This document shows, piece by piece, positions 8,935-18,514 of a stretch of DNA of 64,000 nt. The stretch comes from Candidatus Omnitrophota bacterium (GTDB lineage Bacteria; Omnitrophota; Gorgyraeia; 2-01-FULL-45-10): contig JAQVUX010000005.1 in the NCBI GenBank assembly GCA_028699255.1, forward strand, positions 35,944 to 99,943, written 5' to 3'. The translations under genes and the position numbers were made by a program. Position 1 is the stretch's first letter. The number at the start of each line of letters is the position of its first letter. Below the pieces are notes generated by a model, which ran no database searches, was not told the origin of the DNA, and was given only the letters and a program-made list of their open reading frames with translations.

Positions 8935-9011
8935 TGGTGGGCCCGCAAGGATTTGAACCTTGGACCAAGAGATTATGAGTCTCCTGCTCTGCCAGACTGA
9001 GCTACAGGCCC
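8935..9011 (-). tRNA. tRNA-Met (anticodon CAT; elongator type or possibly tRNA-Ile2, not initiator)
   Basis: The reverse complement GGGCCTGTAGCTCAGTCTGGCAGAGCAGGAGACTCATAATCTCTTGGTCCAAGGTTCAAATCCTTGCGGGCCCACCA is a perfect cloverleaf. G1-C72 rules out an initiator tRNA. Confidence 0.85.
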
Positions 9012-9050
9012 ACGAAACACTATCAATTAAAACAACAAACAACAGATAAA

Positions 9051-9140
9051 GCTACGGCTCTGCCAGACTGCCCCGCCATCGGTCTTACTCGAAGCGGGGT
9101 CCCGCCCCCTGTCAAACTCCTGGCGGGAAGCTACAGGCCC
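9051..9140 (-). pseudogene. tRNA-Met 5'-half pseudo-copy interrupted by a 57-nt GC-rich palindromic insert
   Basis: The minus strand reads GGGCCTGTAGCT[57 nt]CAGTCTGGCAGAGCcgtagc. This reproduces nt 1-12 and the D-loop of the adjacent tRNA-Met, but it lacks the anticodon and T arms. Confidence 0.5.
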
Positions 9141-9309
9141 TATAAATTTTCTATGAAATTAGAGGTTATTATACTCAAACCACAGCAGGATGTAAAGATG
9201 ATTTTAGAGGAGATACTACTTGCGTATCCTTCGGCGTTTAAGGCGGCGCGTTGCGAGGCGTCTCATCTTTCTGGTGTTTTTCTTTGGCATATGGTAGTCC
9301 TTTCTTTAA

Positions 9310-9630
9310 TTAGACGGCGAAATCGCCGCTATATTCAACATTTATTATCTTTGCCCTGAGATTGCCCGAGGCATCTATATAATACCTAACTCTTGCCGAA
9401 TCACCTTCATGTATCTCGCTAAAACTTACGGCGTCTTCACCTTTATATATCTTTGTATCGGACGTCACCGATATTCTCACATCATTTATGACTATAACAG
9501 ATCCTACCCAATCGATGGAAACGATTGTGCCTTCAATAACTTTAATAATCCCGGATCCTTCGCTATCCTGACATAAGCCGGGTGTGGCAAAAACGGTTAT
9601 CGCGATTAGAATGAAAAGTATTAATTTCAT
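9310..9630 (-). CDS. hypothetical small secreted protein (signal peptide)
   Basis: Start at MKLILFILIAITVFATPGLC, with a GGTGGA RBS 6 nt upstream. The longer track ORF start lacks an RBS. Confidence 0.5.
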   Translation of the reverse strand: MKLILFILIAITVFATPGLCQDSEGSGIIKVIEGTIVSIDWVGSVIVINDVRISVTSDTKIYKGEDAVSFSEIHEGDSARVRYYIDASGNLRAKIINVEYSGDFAV

Positions 9631-9722
9631 CTTCCACCTTTTGCGGCCGCTATAAAAAACCCCGCATCTTCTCGACATTCGTTTTGTGAATTTAAAGAAG
9701 ATGCGGGGTTATTGTGTCAATG

Positions 9723-9923
9723 TTACAACTTTACGACATTGGTGGCCTGCTCACCTTTGGGACCTTGTGTGATCTCAAACTGAACTTCCTGGCCTTCTTT
9801 CAACGTCTTGAAACCCTCACCCTGAATTGCGCTGTGGTGAACGAAGACATCCTTACCCTCTTCAGGAGTAATAAAGCCGTAGCCCTTTGCATCATTGAAC
9901 CATTTTACTTTTCCTTTTGGCAC
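9723..9923 (-). CDS. cspA: cold-shock protein CspA family (GTG start)
   Basis: 66 aa with [16 protein letters not shown] (RNP1) and VFVHHSAI (RNP2). GGAGG lies 7 nt before the GTG start. Confidence 0.9.
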   Translation of the reverse strand: MPKGKVKWFNDAKGYGFITPEEGKDVFVHHSAIQGEGFKTLKEGQEVQFEITQGPKGEQATNVVKL

Positions 9924-9967
9924 TGTAAATACCTCCTTTCAGTGAAATTATAATGTCGATGGTCAGA

Positions 9968-10008
9968 AAAAAAACCGCAAGGCGAAAGCTTCTCTACCAT
10001 GCGGTTCA
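9968..10008 (-). terminator. hairpin plus U8 in the csp leader, also downstream of rpoD (attenuator/terminator)
   Basis: The minus strand reads AACCGCATGGTAGAGAAGCTTTCGCCTTGCGGTTTTTTTT. It lies about 25 nt after the predicted csp transcription start and about 135 nt after the rpoD stop. Confidence 0.55.
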
Positions 10009-10038
10009 AGATTTTCCTGCCTTCTTCACTATGGCGTA

Positions 10039-10067
10039 AGTATACACTATGAACTGAAAATTGTCAA
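10039..10067 (-). promoter_or_regulatory. sigma-70 promoter of csp (TTGACA-N17-TATACT)
   Basis: On the minus strand, TTGACA maps to 10062-10067 and TATACT to 10039-10044, with a 17-nt spacer. It is a near twin of the mraZ promoter (shared ATAGTGTATACTT...CCATAGTG). Confidence 0.65.
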
Positions 10068-10143
10068 CTATTATTTTATATTTCTAAAAACTTTTCAAAG
10101 AAAGTTTTTAGATACTGGAGTTTGAGGTATTTTCCGAGAAAAC

Positions 10144-11790
10144 CTACTCACCTATCCCCATCGCCAGAAAATTCTTAAGTTTCCTCGACCGGGTCGGGTG
10201 CCTGAGTTTTCGCAGGGCCTTCGCCTCTATCTGCCTGACGCGCTCGCGGGTAACTTTAAATACCGAACCTACCTCTTCCAGCGTTCTTGGATAACCATCG
10301 CCTATACCGAATCTAAGGCGCAAGACTTTTTTCTCGCGCTCGGTAAGAGTATCCAGAACATCGTCCATCTGCTCTCTAAGCATCGAATACGCCGTCGCGT
10401 TCGCCGGCGATATCGCGCGCTTATCTTCGATGAAATCACCGAAATGTGTATCGCCCTCGTCACCTATCGGTGTCTGCAGGCTTATCGGTTCCTGCGCTAT
10501 CTTGAGTATGCCCCTCACCTTCTCGACGGGCATCCGCATCTTATGCGCGATCTCTTCCGGGGTCGGCTCCTTGCCGTTCTGCTGGACAAGCGTCCTGGAG
10601 ACTTTTATCAGCTTATTGATCGTCTCCGTCATATGGACGGGTATCCTTATGGTGCGCGATTGGTCGGCTATCGAGCGCGTGATCGCCTGGCGTATCCACC
10701 AGGTGGCGTAAGTCGAAAATTTGTATCCGCGTTTATATTCGAATTTGTCTACAGCCTTCATGAGGCCTATGTTGCCTTCCTGTATAAGGTCGAGGAAAGA
10801 GAGGCCTCTATTGGTATACTTTTTCGCTATGCTTACGACGAGCCTTAAGTTCGCGGCGACAAGCTCTTTCTTCGCTTTATTGAATTTTACCTCGGCACTG
10901 CGGACAAGCTTGAAGTGTTCCCGGACAGCGCTTATCGACTCGCCAAATTCGTTCTCGATCTTTCTCTTGCGCTTCGAGTGCTCCTTAACCGCTTCCCTGT
11001 CCTTTTTCTTGCGCGCGCTCGCTATCTTCGCGAGAACCCTGGAATATTCTTCGAGATACTCTTCTATCTTCTTCACCATCTCCTCGACGACATTCATGCC
11101 GAGGTTCATCTCTTTTATAAGTGCGGCTATGCGTTCCTTACTGCGCGCCTGCTGTAGACCGCTTATGAGACGCTCAAGCTTCTTCTTGAACCGGCCGCCT
11201 TTGAACCGCGCGTCGATATTCATAAACTCTTCTTCGTTGAGTTCACTGCGGAGTATTTTTTCGGCCACTTCTATTGCTTTATATTTGGAGATCCTGACGG
11301 CAAGAACCGCGTCCCGGAATTTATATTCGGCTTCTTTTATTCGCTGGGCTATTTCGAGCTCTTCTTTTCGTGTCAAAAGCGCTATCTGCCCCATCTGCCG
11401 CAGATACATCTTAACCGGGTCATCGACATGGGCCAACTTAACAACCTCTTCTTTTTCCGGCTCTTCCTTCTTCTCTTCGGAGCGCTCTTCTTCGACAGCC
11501 TCTTTGGCCAGATCCTCTTCACTGTCCACGAGCCGTATATTCTCATCCCCGAGTATGCCCAGTATCTCATCGATCTCTTCGGATGATACAATATTCACCG
11601 GGAGTATGTTATTAACCTCCTCGAACGTAAGATGGCCCTTCTCTTTACCAAGGGCGATAAGCTCGGTTAAACCTTTTACGCGCTTCTTTTTACCCTGAAG
11701 ATCGGCGTTGTTTTCACCGGAAGCTTTATCGACAGCCTGAAAAACAGCCGGCTTACTTTTCATCTTTGCGGGTACTCTCTTTTTAAACAT
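10144..11790 (-). CDS. rpoD: RNA polymerase primary sigma factor sigma-70
   Basis: 548 aa with an acidic region 1.1, regions 2-4 and the C-terminal helix-turn-helix ([18 protein letters not shown]). It follows dnaG. Confidence 0.95.
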   Translation of the reverse strand: MFKKRVPAKMKSKPAVFQAVDKASGENNADLQGKKKRVKGLTELIALGKEKGHLTFEEVNNILPVNIVSSEEIDEILGILGDENIRLVDSEEDLAKEAVEEERSEEKKEEPEKEEVVKLAHVDDPVKMYLRQMGQIALLTRKEELEIAQRIKEAEYKFRDAVLAVRISKYKAIEVAEKILRSELNEEEFMNIDARFKGGRFKKKLERLISGLQQARSKERIAALIKEMNLGMNVVEEMVKKIEEYLEEYSRVLAKIASARKKKDREAVKEHSKRKRKIENEFGESISAVREHFKLVRSAEVKFNKAKKELVAANLRLVVSIAKKYTNRGLSFLDLIQEGNIGLMKAVDKFEYKRGYKFSTYATWWIRQAITRSIADQSRTIRIPVHMTETINKLIKVSRTLVQQNGKEPTPEEIAHKMRMPVEKVRGILKIAQEPISLQTPIGDEGDTHFGDFIEDKRAISPANATAYSMLREQMDDVLDTLTEREKKVLRLRFGIGDGYPRTLEEVGSVFKVTRERVRQIEAKALRKLRHPTRSRKLKNFLAMGIGE

Positions 11791-11794
11791 AACC

Positions 11795-13552
11795 TTACGC
11801 TTTCTTTGCTTTTACCAGTTCGTTGTATTCGGCGACCAGTTCCTTCACCTTGTTGTCATCCTTCTGGCTATGAGCTATCCTGATCGCATCCTGTATCATG
11901 GCCTTGCGCTCTTTTACACTATCGCTCTTCATCTTCGCGATACAATCAACCAGGGCTCTATCCTTATCCCCAATCGTTTCCGAGACGCTCACCGCTTCGG
12001 TTATAAGGGTAGCCGCATCCGGACTAAGTGAAAAGTGATTTATAAGCCGCGACGGCGTTACCTCTTTATTCTCTTCGTTAAATTTGAAGGCCGCGCTTAC
12101 GATATCCCGTATAGAAGAGTTCCTGAACTCATCCGGCGACAAGGCCTGTTTTATCTTTTCTATGAACGAGCCGCCCTCCATCAGCATGGCGAGTATCGTT
12201 ATCTCCGCGCTCTGCGCCGGAGCCTTCTGTCTGGCCTCCGGAAGAGCCGCTACGTGACGACGCTCGGAGTAATCTCCTTTAACCTTCTTTAGCTCCGTCT
12301 TTATCGACTCTTCATCAACCGCCAGACAATCCGCAAGCTTCTTTATGAGTGTCGCCTTGAGAACAGCGTTATTGATGCGCGCTATCGTCGGCAACATCTC
12401 GGCGGCTATACCCATCTTGCCGTGAGGCGTATTTATATTGTACCTATTGGAAAGCTTACTGAGCTTGTAATCGAAAAGATTCTTGCTCGATTTTTTAAGC
12501 TTTAAAAACTCGTCCACGCCGAATTTCCGGATGTAACTGTCCGGATCGAACCCCGCCGGAAGTTCGGCAATATACACGCTTACGTCTTCGCTTATGAAAA
12601 GATCCAGATTGCGAAGGCTCGCCGCTTCACCGGCCTCGTCAGGATCGTAAACCATCACCGCCGTGCCGGCAAAACGTTTTAACAATTTTATCTGATCCGC
12701 CGTTAACGCCGTACCCAGCGTCGCTATGATATTGGTAATACCCGCCTGATACGGAACGATGAAATCGAGATATCCTTCCACAACGAGAAAATGACCGCTC
12801 TTTTTTATATCGTCCTTCGAAAAATTAAGCCCGTACAGGTTACGCCCCTTCGAATATATCGGCGTCTCTGGGGAGTTTAAATATTTCGGCAGGCTGGAAT
12901 CGAGCACTCTCGCTCCGAAACCTACGACCCTTCCTTTAAGGTCGATTATAGGAAATATCAGCCTGTTCCTGAACCTGTCGTAGTGGCCCCCTTTGTCGTT
13001 GGCAACCACAAGACCGGCCTTTTCCAGCAGGGCCGGTTCGATCGAATTCTTTTTAAAAAATGTGATAAGCGCATCCCATGAATCCGGAGCGAAGCCGATC
13101 TTAAATTTCTTCAGCGCTTCAAAACTGACACCGCGCGATCTTATGTAGTCACCCGCGGTTTTATTTCCGCCAAGCCCTGCCTGAAAAAACCGGCAGGCAA
13201 GTTCATTTATATTATAGAGCTTGTCGGCCAGAACGCTATCGGCGCCGCGTGCGAATGAGCTTTTTGGAAGTACGACACCGCAATCCTTCGCAAGCATCTC
13301 TATAACTTCGGGAAACTGCAAGCTTTCGTGCTTCATCAGGAACGAGAATACGTTCCCGCCCGCGCCGCATCCGAAACAATGATATATCTGCTTATCCGGG
13401 CTTACAATGAACGACGGCGTCTTCTCGTTATGGAATGGGCATGGCGCCTTATAATTTCGGCCGAATTTTTTAAGCGGAAGATAGCGTGAAATCACTTCCA
13501 CTATATCGGTCTTTTCCTGTATCTGGTCTATCAGCGTATCCGGTATTGCCAT
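11795..13552 (-). CDS. dnaG: DNA primase
   Basis: 585 aa with an N-terminal [11 protein letters not shown] zinc finger, a TOPRIM domain (EGYLD) and a C-terminal helper domain. Confidence 0.95.
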   Translation of the reverse strand: MAIPDTLIDQIQEKTDIVEVISRYLPLKKFGRNYKAPCPFHNEKTPSFIVSPDKQIYHCFGCGAGGNVFSFLMKHESLQFPEVIEMLAKDCGVVLPKSSFARGADSVLADKLYNINELACRFFQAGLGGNKTAGDYIRSRGVSFEALKKFKIGFAPDSWDALITFFKKNSIEPALLEKAGLVVANDKGGHYDRFRNRLIFPIIDLKGRVVGFGARVLDSSLPKYLNSPETPIYSKGRNLYGLNFSKDDIKKSGHFLVVEGYLDFIVPYQAGITNIIATLGTALTADQIKLLKRFAGTAVMVYDPDEAGEAASLRNLDLFISEDVSVYIAELPAGFDPDSYIRKFGVDEFLKLKKSSKNLFDYKLSKLSNRYNINTPHGKMGIAAEMLPTIARINNAVLKATLIKKLADCLAVDEESIKTELKKVKGDYSERRHVAALPEARQKAPAQSAEITILAMLMEGGSFIEKIKQALSPDEFRNSSIRDIVSAAFKFNEENKEVTPSRLINHFSLSPDAATLITEAVSVSETIGDKDRALVDCIAKMKSDSVKERKAMIQDAIRIAHSQKDDNKVKELVAEYNELVKAKKA

Positions 13553-13570
13553 GTATCCTAACTTACGGGA

Positions 13571-14539
13571 TTACCTTCTCACCCTGACGAAACCTGAACA
13601 CGGGATTATATTAAGCTTCTCGACCTTCTCAACCTCATCCAATAGAAGATTCAACCCCAGGTTATCGCTCGCGATGTGTCCGGCTATCACTATGTTTATA
13701 TGCTCATCCTTAACTTGTCTCAAATGCGCTTCGCTAAGATGCATGCACACTATGGTTCCCACTCCCGCCTGCGAAAGGCGCGGATATACTTTTTTGGACC
13801 CTTCAGTGCCTCCGGTCATATCGACAAATATTTTGCCGGCAGTCTTACCCGGGTCACCGGCAAATATCCTCGGGCCGGCGGCTTTTGCAAGACCATCGGC
13901 GTATTCGGGTATGCGTTTCAAGATTGCCAGTACGCCGGAAAGTTTCAACGGCTTTTCTTTATCAAAAATTTTCTGCAGATACGCGGTAACGTGATTATCG
14001 GCCGGCGTATGTACGCACATAAACGGTATATCCAAAAGTCTCGCTATATCCACCGGCCTGGAATGGTTCAGCGGCGCAAGCGACCTCGAAACCTCGTCGG
14101 AGCGCTCCTTGAGAAGCCCCTCGCCTATCTTCAGAGGAAGCCCGAGCCTGTCCATGAGATTCGCCTGAAGCCCCATAACATCGTTCAGCCTTGCCAGAGC
14201 AAGCCCTTCGGGATGATGCGCCATCACAAGATCGATCCCGTCAGCCCCGGTACGGCGCAACCTATCGGCTAACAAAAGTTCCGGCCCTTCCATGTCCACG
14301 CCCAACAGTATGGTCTTAACATCCGTGTTGGGATCGCCGTACAATATCCTGGTATCCGCGTAAGGATTAGTAAGCCGCCTCACATCGAACGCTTTTTTAT
14401 CAACGCCCTTCGATTTCCTGTATTCTTTTTTCGCTCCGTCGAGGACAGCTTTTATCTCGGATCTTTTACGCAGATCTTTCTCAATACCCTTTTTTACAGC
14501 CAATTCGTATAAGGCTTTTAATTTCATGAACCCCTCCAT
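13571..14539 (-). CDS. Nif3-family dinuclear metal center protein
   Basis: 322 aa with conserved His/Asp metal ligands (AHHPEG, HTPADNH and a C-terminal GHIASD). Confidence 0.7.
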   Translation of the reverse strand: MEGFMKLKALYELAVKKGIEKDLRKRSEIKAVLDGAKKEYRKSKGVDKKAFDVRRLTNPYADTRILYGDPNTDVKTILLGVDMEGPELLLADRLRRTGADGIDLVMAHHPEGLALARLNDVMGLQANLMDRLGLPLKIGEGLLKERSDEVSRSLAPLNHSRPVDIARLLDIPFMCVHTPADNHVTAYLQKIFDKEKPLKLSGVLAILKRIPEYADGLAKAAGPRIFAGDPGKTAGKIFVDMTGGTEGSKKVYPRLSQAGVGTIVCMHLSEAHLRQVKDEHINIVIAGHIASDNLGLNLLLDEVEKVEKLNIIPCSGFVRVRR

Positions 14540-14559
14540 CTAAATAATATTTATTAGAA

Positions 14560-15078
14560 CTATTTTTTCGCTTGGGCAGGCAGTATATTATACGTCTTCT
14601 CGTAAATCGAATGGCCGATATTCAGAAAATAAGGGCCTGTCAACGACCTGTCCACGACAGACCACTGAAGATAAGGTAATGGGATAAGCGTCAGCAATAT
14701 CAGGATCGTGCATGTAAGCACAATACCCCTGACAACGCCCGCAAGAAGCCCGCCGAATTTTTCCAATAGCGGGTGCCAACTCACTTTTACGATCTTATCC
14801 ACGACCGCTTTGATCAATCTGAACAAAACACCTACGCATACGGCGGTAAATATAAAACCGGCCAAATCCAGGATACTCATTGGCAGGATAAAACCGAGAT
14901 TATGTAAAAATACCGCTATTTTATTAAAAAAATGGAGGGAAAACACCAACATGCACACGGAACCGATAAGCGGAAATATCTCGTGGCTCAATCCATCCTG
15001 CAAAGATACATAACTTGTTCGTAGTATTAGAATTACGACTAAAATATCGACCCAGTTTATCTTTGACAGTATCTCCAT
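14560..15078 (-). CDS. cvpA: CvpA-family membrane protein (colicin V production protein homolog)
   Basis: 172 aa with four TM helices in the CvpA topology. Confidence 0.7.
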   Translation of the reverse strand: MEILSKINWVDILVVILILRTSYVSLQDGLSHEIFPLIGSVCMLVFSLHFFNKIAVFLHNLGFILPMSILDLAGFIFTAVCVGVLFRLIKAVVDKIVKVSWHPLLEKFGGLLAGVVRGIVLTCTILILLTLIPLPYLQWSVVDRSLTGPYFLNIGHSIYEKTYNILPAQAKK

Positions 15079-15130
15079 AATTCCCCTTGTTGAAAAGGAA
15101 TATGAAGTATATCATATATTATTTGGAAAG

Positions 15131-15823
15131 TCAAGGCAGGTTAATTTTGCCGTCTTTCATGCGTATGACCTCATCGGTCCTCTTAGAAAGCTTCTCATCG
15201 TGAGTAACTATTACAAGCGTAAGAGCGTAGCTCTCCTTAAGGCCAAATAAAAGCTCATAAACCGATTCGCTGGTCGCGGAATCGAGATTACCGGTAGGTT
15301 CATCACACAATAAAACCTCAGGCTTATTTATGATCGCCCTTGCGATAGCTACGCGCTGAGATTCTCCTCCGGATAATTCGCCCGGTCGATGCGTCATCCT
15401 GTTCGTAAGCCCCACAAGCTTCAGGGCCTCCCCAGCTCTTTCTTTTACATTTCGATCTTTACTTTTTAACTTTTGATTTTTTATTATCTCCGGCATCATA
15501 ACATTTTCGAGCGCCGTAAATTCAGGTAACAGGTGATAGAATTGAAATACGAACCCGACACGCCTATTCCGTATAGAAGCTCTCTCCCTGTCCGGCAGTT
15601 TGTAGATATCAACCCCGTCCAGCATCACATGCCCGGATGTGGGCCGGTCGAGACCGCCCAGAATATGAAGCAGAGTAGATTTGCCCGCGCCCGACGGGCC
15701 TATAAACGCCGTCGATCTTCCAGCGTTTAATTGAAGATCGATACCATCGACAGCCTTTACCCTTTTACCGTTATTGTCGTAAGATTTATGTATTCCTTTT
15801 GCGAGAAGAAGGCCGTTATTCAT
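15131..15823 (-). CDS. lolD: lipoprotein-releasing ABC transporter ATP-binding protein LolD-like
   Basis: Walker A GPSGAGKST, the signature LSGGESQRVAIARA, and Walker B LLCDEPTGNLD. The likely start is MNNGLLL at 15823. It overlaps the permease gene by 8 nt. Confidence 0.8.
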   Translation of the reverse strand: MNNGLLLAKGIHKSYDNNGKRVKAVDGIDLQLNAGRSTAFIGPSGAGKSTLLHILGGLDRPTSGHVMLDGVDIYKLPDRERASIRNRRVGFVFQFYHLLPEFTALENVMMPEIIKNQKLKSKDRNVKERAGEALKLVGLTNRMTHRPGELSGGESQRVAIARAIINKPEVLLCDEPTGNLDSATSESVYELLFGLKESYALTLVIVTHDEKLSKRTDEVIRMKDGKINLP

Positions 15824-17039
15824 ATCGGAGCGCCTCCACCGCTTCGAGGCGTGAAGCGCGATATGCCGGATAGATCGCGGCAATAAGGCTTAACAACATG
15901 CTCGCTATTATTATCAGTATTATCTCCGACGGATCCATCCTCACAGGAAGCTTGTCGAGATAATATACGTCCTTGGGCAGGTCAATGAATTTATACGTCT
16001 TGAGACACCAGCACGCCAAGAATCCGAAAATGGCGCCCAGGGCGGTGCCGAAAAAACCAATCAACGCGCCTTCGAGCGCGAATACCGCCATTATGTCGGA
16101 GTTGGCGGCGCCTATAGCCTTGAGTATGCCGATATCTTTCGTCTTCTCAAGAACGGTCATTATGAGGGTGCTGGCGATATTGAAACATGCGACCATTACT
16201 ATCAATATCAATATTATGAACATGACCGTCTTTTCGAGTTTGATGGCTTCGAGGAGATTACGATTGAGATCGGCCCATGTCCGCACATCATACGACGGGC
16301 CCATCTTCATGCGAAGAGCGCTCTTGACGCCGTCTATATTAAAAGCATCGTCGACCTTTATCGATAGCCCTGTCGCCATGTCTCCTACCGCCAATAGTTC
16401 CTGAGCGCCGGATAGCCCTATATACGCCAGATTGGAATCATATTCATACATGCCCGATTTAAACACACCCGCGACTCTGAAATCCTTACCTTCGACGGAA
16501 AATACTCCGGACGGTTTAAACTTTTTATCCCGTATAAGCGCCGGTGAAACGAGAGTTACCATGCCACCGACATCTACGTCCAGCTTGTCGGCAAGTTCGC
16601 TTCCCAGTACCACCTCATTATCTTTCAGGGGATTGAGGGTGCCTCGCGTCATATATTTACCCAGATTATTGACACGAACCTCTTTTGCGGCGTCTATACC
16701 TTTTACTATGACTCCGGCGACACTTTCATCTTTACGTATCAAAGCTTGTCCATTCAAAAAATATGCGCACGCCATAACATGAGGAGTGCTTAAAATCTTA
16801 TCCGTAAATTCCTGTGAAGGTTTGACGCCATAATCGGAGACGATCTCTATGTGGGAATAAGTACCTATTATTTTAGTTCTGAGATCCTGGTCGAAACCGC
16901 TCATTACCGAAATAACTATTATGAGAGCGGCAACGCCTACAGCGACACCGAAGACCGATATCAGGCTTATGATAGATATGAACTTCTCTTTACGTTTCGC
17001 TGTAAGATACCTGAGGCTTACGAATAGTTGCCAGATCAT
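15816..17039 (-). CDS. lolE: LolC/LolE-type ABC transporter permease (FtsX/MacB family)
   Basis: 407 aa with TM1, a periplasmic domain and a C-terminal FtsX four-TM bundle. Confidence 0.8.
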   Translation of the reverse strand: MIWQLFVSLRYLTAKRKEKFISIISLISVFGVAVGVAALIIVISVMSGFDQDLRTKIIGTYSHIEIVSDYGVKPSQEFTDKILSTPHVMACAYFLNGQALIRKDESVAGVIVKGIDAAKEVRVNNLGKYMTRGTLNPLKDNEVVLGSELADKLDVDVGGMVTLVSPALIRDKKFKPSGVFSVEGKDFRVAGVFKSGMYEYDSNLAYIGLSGAQELLAVGDMATGLSIKVDDAFNIDGVKSALRMKMGPSYDVRTWADLNRNLLEAIKLEKTVMFIILILIVMVACFNIASTLIMTVLEKTKDIGILKAIGAANSDIMAVFALEGALIGFFGTALGAIFGFLACWCLKTYKFIDLPKDVYYLDKLPVRMDPSEIILIIIASMLLSLIAAIYPAYRASRLEAVEALRYE

Positions 17040-18514
17040 GTTTGCGGCTTTAACTGCGGAAATAGTATCACATCTCGTATGGACGGAGAATTTGTCAGTA
17101 TCATAACGAGGCGGTCTATGCCTATCCCAAGGCCTCCTGCGGGGGGCATGCCATATTCCAGAGCGGTCACGAAGTCCTCATCGATATTCCTTTTACCGTC
17201 TTTGGCGCCCTGAAGTTCGTCCTCAAACCGCTTCTTCTGTTCTATCGGATCATTGAGCTCCGAATAAGCATTGGCTATCTCCATGCCGCCCATGTAGAGT
17301 TCGAACCTATCGGTCAGGTCCGGATTACCGGGCTTCGTTTTAGCGAGAGGGCAGAGTTCTTTGAACATATCCACGACAAAGACCGGATGGTTACCCGCTT
17401 TCGGCTCGACGAGATCGCCGACTATATTTATTATCTGCGTTCTCGAAACATCCTTACCCTCCATCTCGATCCCTTTTGTCTTCAATTTTTTAATCCACTG
17501 CTCGCGGCTGTCGGACGGAATGATACCGAACTGTTCTTTCATCAGATCTGCGAAGGATACCCTCTCCCACTTCGAGAGATCTATAGTTTTTCCCTGATAC
17601 TCTATTTCAATGCGCCCCAAAACTTTTTGCGCAAGCCCTCTTACGAGATCCTCGGTCAGCTTCATCATGCCTTCGCAGTCGGAGTAGTTTTCGTACACTT
17701 CAAGCATCGTAAACTCTGGATTATGCTTTATCGATATACCTTCGTTCCTGAAGCTTCTGTTTATCTCATAAACTTTCCCTAATCCTCCCACCAGAAGCCT
17801 CTTCAGGTATAACTCCGGCGCTATCCTCAGGAACAGGTCTATCCCGAGTGCCTCGTGGTGCGTCTTGAACGGCTTTCCGGCCGCACCCCCAGACATCGCC
17901 TGCATCATGGGCGTTTCGACTTCGATGAACCCTTTCTCGTCGAGGAATCGCCTTATCTCGCTCGTTATACGCGAGCGCGTTACGAATACCTCCCTCACAT
18001 CGTCATTAACGATAAGGTCTACATATCTCTGCCGGTATCTGGTTTCAACATCCTTCAACCCGTGCCATTTTTCCGGAAGCGGACGTAAGGATTTCGCCAG
18101 TATTGTAAATTCTTTTACGATTACGGTAGCTTCGCCGGTGCGCGTCTTGAATGTATCGCCTTTGACGCCTATGAAATCACCGATATCAAGATCCTTTAAC
18201 AGCGAGAACGCTTCGGGCCCGACGATATCTTCTTTTAGATATGCCTGCATCTTTCCGGTCGAATCTTTAATATCATAGAAAGAGCTTTTACCGTGCGAAC
18301 GCACTGCCATTATCCTGCCCGCCACAGACACGCTCCTGCCTTCGGTAAAATCATCCTTCAGGGCCTTTATCGTAGAAGTTGTGTCATATCTTCCGCCGTA
18401 TGCGTAAATACCTTTCCTTGTAATGTCATCGAGCTTCGCCCTACGCTGTTTTATAAGTTCGCTCTCTTCTACGTGTTCCTGGTGTTCTTGGTGTTCTTGT
18501 GAATGTGCGGACAT
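17036..18514 (-). CDS. lysS: lysyl-tRNA synthetase (class II)
   Basis: 492 aa with an OB anticodon-binding domain and class II motifs (FRNEG...). The N-terminus carries QEHQEHQEH, encoded by three 9-bp tandem units. Confidence 0.95.
   Translation of the reverse strand: MSAHSQEHQEHQEHVEESELIKQRRAKLDDITRKGIYAYGGRYDTTSTIKALKDDFTEGRSVSVAGRIMAVRSHGKSSFYDIKDSTGKMQAYLKEDIVGPEAFSLLKDLDIGDFIGVKGDTFKTRTGEATVIVKEFTILAKSLRPLPEKWHGLKDVETRYRQRYVDLIVNDDVREVFVTRSRITSEIRRFLDEKGFIEVETPMMQAMSGGAAGKPFKTHHEALGIDLFLRIAPELYLKRLLVGGLGKVYEINRSFRNEGISIKHNPEFTMLEVYENYSDCEGMMKLTEDLVRGLAQKVLGRIEIEYQGKTIDLSKWERVSFADLMKEQFGIIPSDSREQWIKKLKTKGIEMEGKDVSRTQIINIVGDLVEPKAGNHPVFVVDMFKELCPLAKTKPGNPDLTDRFELYMGGMEIANAYSELNDPIEQKKRFEDELQGAKDGKRNIDEDFVTALEYGMPPAGGLGIGIDRLVMILTNSPSIRDVILFPQLKPQT

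Noticed and set aside
10721-11698. 325-aa plus-strand ORF antisense to rpoD
   Set aside because: Ser/Leu-rich mirror of the acidic Glu/Lys-rich region 1.1 of sigma-70. No start context.
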